From: Octopus sinensis
Taxonomy: Eukaryota
Length of the DNA stretch: 64,000 nt
Direction of reading: 5' to 3'
Assembly: GCF_006345805.1 (NCBI RefSeq)
Contig: NC_043009.1
Location: forward strand, 9,424,001-9,488,000
Each line of letters starts with the position of its first letter. Position 1 is the stretch's first letter. The notes under the pieces were generated by a model. The model made no database searches, had not been told where the DNA came from, and saw only the letters and a list, made by a program, of their open reading frames with translations. This document shows, piece after piece, positions 63,612 through 64,000 of the stretch. A program made the translations under genes and the position numbers.

Positions 63612-63905
63612 ATGGTGTTGAGCTGGCAGAAGCATTACTGTGTCAGGCAAAATGCTTAATAGCATTTTATGTGTCTTTAGGGTTCTGAGTTCAAATTCCA
63701 CCGAAGCCAATTTTGCTTGTTAAGGTGGTGAGCTGACAAAATTGTTAACATGTCGGGCTAAATGCTTAACGTCTTTATGTTCTGAGTTTGAAATCCTGCC
63801 ATGGTCAACTTTGCCTTTCATCCTTTCAAGATTGATAAAATAAGTACCAGTTGAGCACTGGGGTGGTGGGGGTCAATGTAATCAACTTAGCCCTTTCCCC
63901 AAATC
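63612..63905 (+). mobile_element. Two tandem SINE family C copies (first truncated)
   Basis: gagctg(g/a)ca(g/a)aa...ttctgagtt twice. Confidence 0.75.
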
Positions 63906-64000
63906 TGCTGAGATCAACAATTATCACACAAGCTTAGGGTCTAAAGTATTCCACCTATAACCATCCCATCTGTTATTCAGATTGTCATCATCACCATCAT

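Overview
Eukaryotic, AT-rich, microsatellite-saturated, essentially non-coding DNA. The SINE/LINE/MITE repertoire and the (TA)n/(TACA)n/(ATT)n/(GAT)n load resemble an octopus (coleoid cephalopod) genome; this is an inference, no search was run. I find no supportable host protein-coding gene: nearly all long ORFs are translations of simple repeats. Real coding remnants are all retrotransposon-derived: a 5'-truncated CR1-type LINE RT, three different RTE-clade C-termini (one with tandem C2H2 fingers), two further decayed CR1/L2-like pieces and Penelope GIY-YIG remnants. The most interesting signal is a set of hammerhead-ribozyme (HHR) motifs. The best is a ~2.3-copy head-to-tail 352-353 bp repeat (41418-42234) with a type I HHR and palindromic stem III in each full unit, the architecture of a non-LTR retrozyme or Penelope pseudo-LTR that could yield a 352-nt (circular) RNA. 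Other HHR families lie at about 21.7, 39.0, 43.2 and 57.8/58.7 kb. Also notable: a G-U-biased pre-miRNA-like hairpin (30.6 kb), a duplicated block carrying twin 47-nt exon candidates, a repeated H-type pseudoknot in an RTE 3'UTR, modular SINE tail swapping and several long fold-backs. All coordinates and pairings were read by eye.
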